The position numbers and the translations under genes were made by a program. Shown piece after piece: positions 32,762 to 36,705 of a DNA stretch of 36,705 nucleotides. The notes beneath the pieces are model-generated. The model saw only the letters and a program-made list of their open reading frames with translations, was not told the origin of the DNA and did no database searches. Position 1 is the first letter of the stretch. Every line of letters starts with the position of its first letter. The stretch covers positions 1 through 36,705 of the forward strand of contig JAYWBR010000248.1 of the NCBI GenBank assembly GCA_043781315.1. The letters run 5' to 3'. This stretch comes from Verrucomicrobiota bacterium (GTDB lineage: Bacteria; Verrucomicrobiota; Verrucomicrobiia; Limisphaerales; CAIQOK01).

Positions 32762-33300
32762 CCGTTACTCAACTAGGGGTCTTTGATAGTGGTGGCGATG
32801 GCTTGGTCAACTCCCACGCCATTGGCATTTGGGCGGCTGACGGAACTTTACTCGCATCCACAACGATTCCCGCAGGCACGACGGCTTCGTTGGTGGATGG
32901 CTACCGCTATATGCCGATCACACCGGTATTAATCCCGCCGGGAGCTTTTCCAATTCCTTCGCCTTTCAAAGCGCTCGTGGCCGCCGAGTACGTTGTGGGC
33001 GACACGGATGATCTTGTGACACCAACTGGCGTGTTCGGCAGCGGATATGCAGCGCCAGTGGCAGCAACCAGCTATGATGGTAGCCCATCCCAAGGTTTTT
33101 ATGGCCTTGGAACGGGTTCGCCTTTTCCCAGTCAGCATCTATCCGCACCGGAAGGTGGTTTTACTTTTCCATTTTGGGAAGTGAACTTTCAATTCAACGT
33201 CGTCCAAGTACCCGAGCCTTCCGTGTCCCTCCTGCTTGCGCCCGGCTTGCTTTATCTGTTCCTGCGCCGTCGTCATTTTTTGAGGCGGTTACACGGATGA
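32761..33300 (+). pseudogene. 5'-truncated paralog of the PEP-CTERM gene at 20895-21602; it lacks a start context and a signal peptide
   Basis: Nucleotide and protein homology to 21090-21602 begins at 32761 (AVTQLGVFD...), and the frame is closed by TAA at 32755-32757. The only available start is an internal TTG at 32803. The C-terminus VPEPSVSLLLAPGLLYLFLRRRH is an intact PEP-CTERM motif. Confidence 0.7.
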
Positions 33301-33315
33301 AACTGTACTTCAACT

Positions 33316-34293
33316 TCACCGTTCAATCCGGTGCCGGCAAAACTTCGCGGGCTGTCGCGCGTCCTCGTCCAGCTCGACAGTAAAAAATCCGCCGTCCTTC
33401 CACAGCTCAATGCCCGTCAGCGACGGGCAGAGCCGGACGCAGAACGGTTGCCAGTGTCTGGCTTCACCCAGCGCCGCGCTCATGCGCCGCCCAGCACCGC
33501 CCAGAAATTTTATCGTCGGCATCCCCGCCAGCAGCTTGCTCAGCCGGAAAATGAAATCCGAGTGCAGATGCCCGATGACGGTCTGTTCGATCTGGGAAAA
33601 TTTTTCACGCACCGCCGGTTCGCGCCCCAGCGCGGGCAGCGCCGTCGGGTCGTGACAAAACAAAATGACGCGCTGGGCGGGTTTCAAAGCGGCGAAGGCG
33701 GCGCAGATTTTCGCGAGGTGTTCGGCGCGCAAACTTTTCCAGGCGGCGAGTTCTTCCGGCAGGGTTTCCGGCTCGTACACGGGCAGCGCAAGGAGCGAGG
33801 AAACCACGCCGATCAAAACGTAGCGGCCCAATTCCTCCTGCCAGAACGGTTCGAGGCCCAGTTCATTTTTCGCCCGGTGAAAGCTGGCGAGTCGCATCCC
33901 GCCGCGTCCGCCGATAAGGGCGCGTTTGCCGAGTTCGTGATCGCCGTAGGTCGCGCGGAAGCTCGCACCAAAACGGGCGCGGAGTTTGCCGAGACTTTCC
34001 TGCGCGCTCTGACACGCCGCGTCGTCGCTGACGCCGACGAAGCCGGTGTCACAGGAAAAATCCCCGTTGGCGATCACGCGGTCGGCGGCGGGAACGCGCT
34101 CGAGAAATTGGTCGAGCAGATGGTTGTGATAGAGCTGGCGGTGCAGCCAGAAAAAACGGTGATGAACTTTCAGGAAAATCCGCAGCAGCGGGTTGGTCAC
34201 GCCCGCCAATTCATAATCGTTGCCGCGCGCCTGCTCGGCGGCGGAGGCGTAATGCACATCGCTGAGGATGGCCAGGGTGTGAGCGCGCGGCAT
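33316..34293 (-). CDS. Calcineurin-like metallophosphoesterase
   Basis: The motifs are ILSDVHY (DxH), NGDFSCD (GDxxD), ILFCHDP and IGHLH. The length is 325 aa. Confidence 0.85.
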   Translation of the reverse strand: MPRAHTLAILSDVHYASAAEQARGNDYELAGVTNPLLRIFLKVHHRFFWLHRQLYHNHLLDQFLERVPAADRVIANGDFSCDTGFVGVSDDAACQSAQESLGKLRARFGASFRATYGDHELGKRALIGGRGGMRLASFHRAKNELGLEPFWQEELGRYVLIGVVSSLLALPVYEPETLPEELAAWKSLRAEHLAKICAAFAALKPAQRVILFCHDPTALPALGREPAVREKFSQIEQTVIGHLHSDFIFRLSKLLAGMPTIKFLGGAGRRMSAALGEARHWQPFCVRLCPSLTGIELWKDGGFFTVELDEDARQPAKFCRHRIER

Positions 34294-34304
34294 GGGGAAC
34301 CGCG

Positions 34305-35384
34305 CTACGACGCGGCGGGGACGACGCCGGCCGGCAGTTGGATGATGAAGGTGGTGCCCGCGCCGGGCTGGCTTTCAAAGCGGATGCTGCCGTGGTGCTC
34401 CTCGATGATGCGGCGCGTGACGGCCAGTCCGAGACCGTTGCCGCGCGGTTTGGTGGTGAAGAACGGCTCGAAGATTTGCGGCAAATTTTCGGCGGCGATG
34501 CCCGCACCGGTGTCGGCGATGCGGATTTCCACGCTGCGGCCGGCGGCGGTTTCCCGCAGCTCGGTGGTGAGCTGGACGTTGCCCTCCTCGCCGACGGCGT
34601 CCACCGCGTTGAGAAGCAAATTGAGAAACGCCTGTTCGAGTTGCGACTCGTCGCCGGGAATCAGGTCGTCGGCGGTGTGAAAATCTCGCCGGAGAGAAAT
34701 CAATTTCGCGGTGATGCGGGGATGGATCATGAACAGCGAATTTTCCAGCACGGTGTGCAGATGGACGCCGGCCAGCACGGGATGCGGCGGGGCGGCGTAT
34801 TTCAACATGTGCGACACGAGGCCGTCCATGCGGGTGATTTCCCGGCGGACGGTTTCGGACAGCTCGGCGTCCTGGTTTTTTTCAAGGAGCAGATCCACGA
34901 AGGCTTTCACGGCGACGAGGGCGTTTTTGATTTCGTGGGCGAGGCCGGCCGAGAGCGTGCCGACGCGGGCGAGCCGATCCAGCCGCCGGAGATTGTGTTC
35001 GAGCCGGACCGTGACCGAGGAATCGTTGAGCATGGCCACGACGCCCGCGCCGAGATCGCCGGACACGGGCATGGCGGTGACGGACAGGGTGGTCGGGTTT
35101 TTTTTCAGCGGGTCGAGGACGAGCTTCCGGTTCGCGGCGGGCTTGCCGGTTTGAAAAACCTCGCGAATGAGCGCGTTGATCGAAAGCGGCAACACGGTGG
35201 CGGCCTCAGCGTGCGGCGGGGTGGCGGGTAGTTGCAACACGCGCTCGGCCTCGGGATTCAGCGCGGTGATGCGGCCCGTGCGATCCACCGTGATGAGGCC
35301 GCAGGCGTAGCAATCCTGGAGGAGGTGCTCGAAGGAGGTGCCGGCCTGGTCGCCCCTGGCGTGGCTTAGACTTTGCGAGGGCAT
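34305..35384 (-). CDS. Soluble PAS-domain sensor histidine kinase (NtrB/AtoS-like)
   Basis: No TM segment is present. There is a PAS-like N-terminus (GLITVDRTGRITALNPEAERVL). The H box is LAHEIKNAL, the N box is LLLNAVDAV, G1 is DTGAGI and G2 is GNGLGLA. Confidence 0.88.
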   Translation of the reverse strand: MPSQSLSHARGDQAGTSFEHLLQDCYACGLITVDRTGRITALNPEAERVLQLPATPPHAEAATVLPLSINALIREVFQTGKPAANRKLVLDPLKKNPTTLSVTAMPVSGDLGAGVVAMLNDSSVTVRLEHNLRRLDRLARVGTLSAGLAHEIKNALVAVKAFVDLLLEKNQDAELSETVRREITRMDGLVSHMLKYAAPPHPVLAGVHLHTVLENSLFMIHPRITAKLISLRRDFHTADDLIPGDESQLEQAFLNLLLNAVDAVGEEGNVQLTTELRETAAGRSVEIRIADTGAGIAAENLPQIFEPFFTTKPRGNGLGLAVTRRIIEEHHGSIRFESQPGAGTTFIIQLPAGVVPAAS

Positions 35385-35617
35385 GGCAAGACAGTCGGGG
35401 CGGTGAAAATCTCGGCGGCGATTGGCTCGGCAGCCTTGCGGGAAGGCGGAATGATCCGAGTTTCAAATATTTGACCGGCAAACGGTCGGAACGACAAATT
35501 CATGAGACTGGTTTCAAGGCTGAACGCATTCATGAAAACTGCGCACACAAAAAAGCTGATGCCCCATCATTGTCGCGGCGGCGGGCTTTGGCAAGTTTTT
35601 GTACATGCGGGCGTTGA

Positions 35618-36705
35618 TTAAAAATGGCGGCCTAGGGAAAGCGAGAGGGTGGGGATGAACAACTGGTATTTGCCGTTGGCGGTCTGGCCGGTGAACGGGT
35701 TGGGCTGGTCGTTGCTGATCGTCCGGGCCGGGCCGCTGATCAACTGGCCGGCCAGCGCCCAGTGCCAATGTCTGCCCTGGTGGCCGACCCCCAGGCAGCC
35801 GACATGCAGCGCGGTGTCGGGAATGGCGGGGGTGAAATTCTTTTCCGAGGCGGTTTCGGTGCAGTAAAAATATCCCGCGCTGGCAAACCAGCCGTGTTCA
35901 AAATAACGGGTGATCCCGAATTCATAAAACCAACTGTCGCGCCAGTTGAGCTGCAAGGGCAGATCGAAGCCGAAAATATTTTTGGTGCCGCCCAACGTGA
36001 CCGTTTGCAGGGGCCGCCAGTCGCTCCAGTCCACATCCACTTCCAGATTCCATTTCGGCGTGGGCCGCTAGGAGATGCCGGCGGAAATAATTTGCGGGAA
36101 CGGCGCCCGGGCCACGGTGTACGCTTCCCGCCGGGTTGCACTGGAATCGTAACTGGTGACACCCCGGAATTTCATCGAGGTGGCGCTGCGATAGTTGGCG
36201 CCGAAGGACCATTGGGGATGCGGCTGCCAGAGCAGTCCGGCGTTGAAGCCCGCGTCATAATCGCTGCCTTCAAAATTGAGCGTGTCGCTGGCGGTGGCGA
36301 GGCCGCGCCGCAACTGGAGCTTGGCGTAATTCACGGTCAGCCAACGGCGAGCGAGAGTTGCGGCGTGATTTTCCAGGCGATGACGGGATTGAAGGTCAGG
36401 TATTGCAGGCGGGACTCAATGGCGAGCGAGCGGAAACTGGAATTTTCCGGCCACTCGACACCGAGGCCGAAGGGCGCGTAAAGACCGAGGCCAAAGGAGA
36501 GCGGGAGGTTGGTGGGCGAATAGGTGCAATAGAGTTGCGGGATGGGCAGGACTTCAAATTGGGAACGGGTGATCGCGCCGGCCGGGGCTTCGTAGCGGGT
36601 GTTGATGCCGAGATAATTCAGAACGCCAAGCTGCACATCCACGCCGGGGAGTTGCGTGATGCCGGCGGGGTTGTAGTACAGCGCGGACGGATTGTCGGCC
36701 GTGGC
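35618..36705 (-). pseudogene. FadL/OMPP1/TodX-family outer-membrane transport protein, 5' end beyond the window, disrupted
   Basis: Three consecutive ORFs (36337-36705 open to the window edge, 36068-36334, 35618-36040) read through as one FadL-like barrel: ...NPSALYYNPAGI..., alternating strands, and a terminal ...SLGRHF. There is a frameshift at about 36337-36345 (GCC GTT GGC TGA where ...GGC CTG ACC GTG... would keep the frame) and an in-frame TAG at 36068-36070. Confidence 0.72.

Noticed and set aside
32803-33300. The ORF-track 165-aa ORF treated as an intact PEP-CTERM gene.
   Set aside because: Its TTG start is internal to the homology with the full-length paralog, so the signal peptide and about 65 N-terminal codons are missing. 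A PEP-CTERM protein without an export signal is unlikely to be functional, so it is called a truncated paralog or pseudogene.

Overview
This is a GC-rich 36.7-kb bacterial chromosomal window. PEP-CTERM tails, a planctomycete-type cytochrome c module, DUF11 repeats, recurring C-terminal tails ending in FYRV-like residues and weak Shine-Dalgarno usage point to a PVC-superphylum genome, probably Verrucomicrobiota; this is inference only. I support about 30 protein genes, 2 tRNAs and 2 pseudogenes. Left to right the window holds: a 5'-truncated PQQ-dehydrogenase/cytochrome c fusion; an arabinan locus (GH51, DUF4185-like, GH43); a secreted beta-propeller; xth; iscA-hscB; a 1160-aa Ig/He_PIG/VWA adhesin; coaE, panC, a glutaredoxin-like gene and glycerate kinase; a DUF11 / beta-barrel OMP / TPR / PEP-CTERM surface cluster; mpl, an alpha/beta hydrolase and a YgjP-type metallopeptidase; tRNA-Arg(TCG) and tRNA-His(GTG); an HTH-MBL hydrolase; a compact four-gene secretion/pilus core (GspE/PilB ATPase, fused PilM-PilN or GspL-like protein, PilO/GspM-like protein, lipoprotein secretin); a 5'-truncated PEP-CTERM paralog; a metallophosphoesterase plus a soluble PAS histidine kinase; and a disrupted FadL-family porin gene that runs off the right edge. 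I saw no CRISPR array, cas gene, transposase, integrase, toxin-antitoxin pair or recognisable phage-defence gene. The most unusual content falls into four groups. (1) The E-L-M-D secretion core has no platform protein, pilins or peptidase nearby, and it ends exactly where a truncated copy of a PEP-CTERM gene from 11.7 kb upstream begins. (2) A shared C-terminal module occurs on unrelated secreted proteins. (3) Two orphan GNRA-capped intrinsic terminators sit in long spacers, suggesting unannotated small RNAs or leaders. (4) Several short repeat and palindrome families occupy intergenic junctions. All family assignments come from motif recognition by eye; no database search was run.
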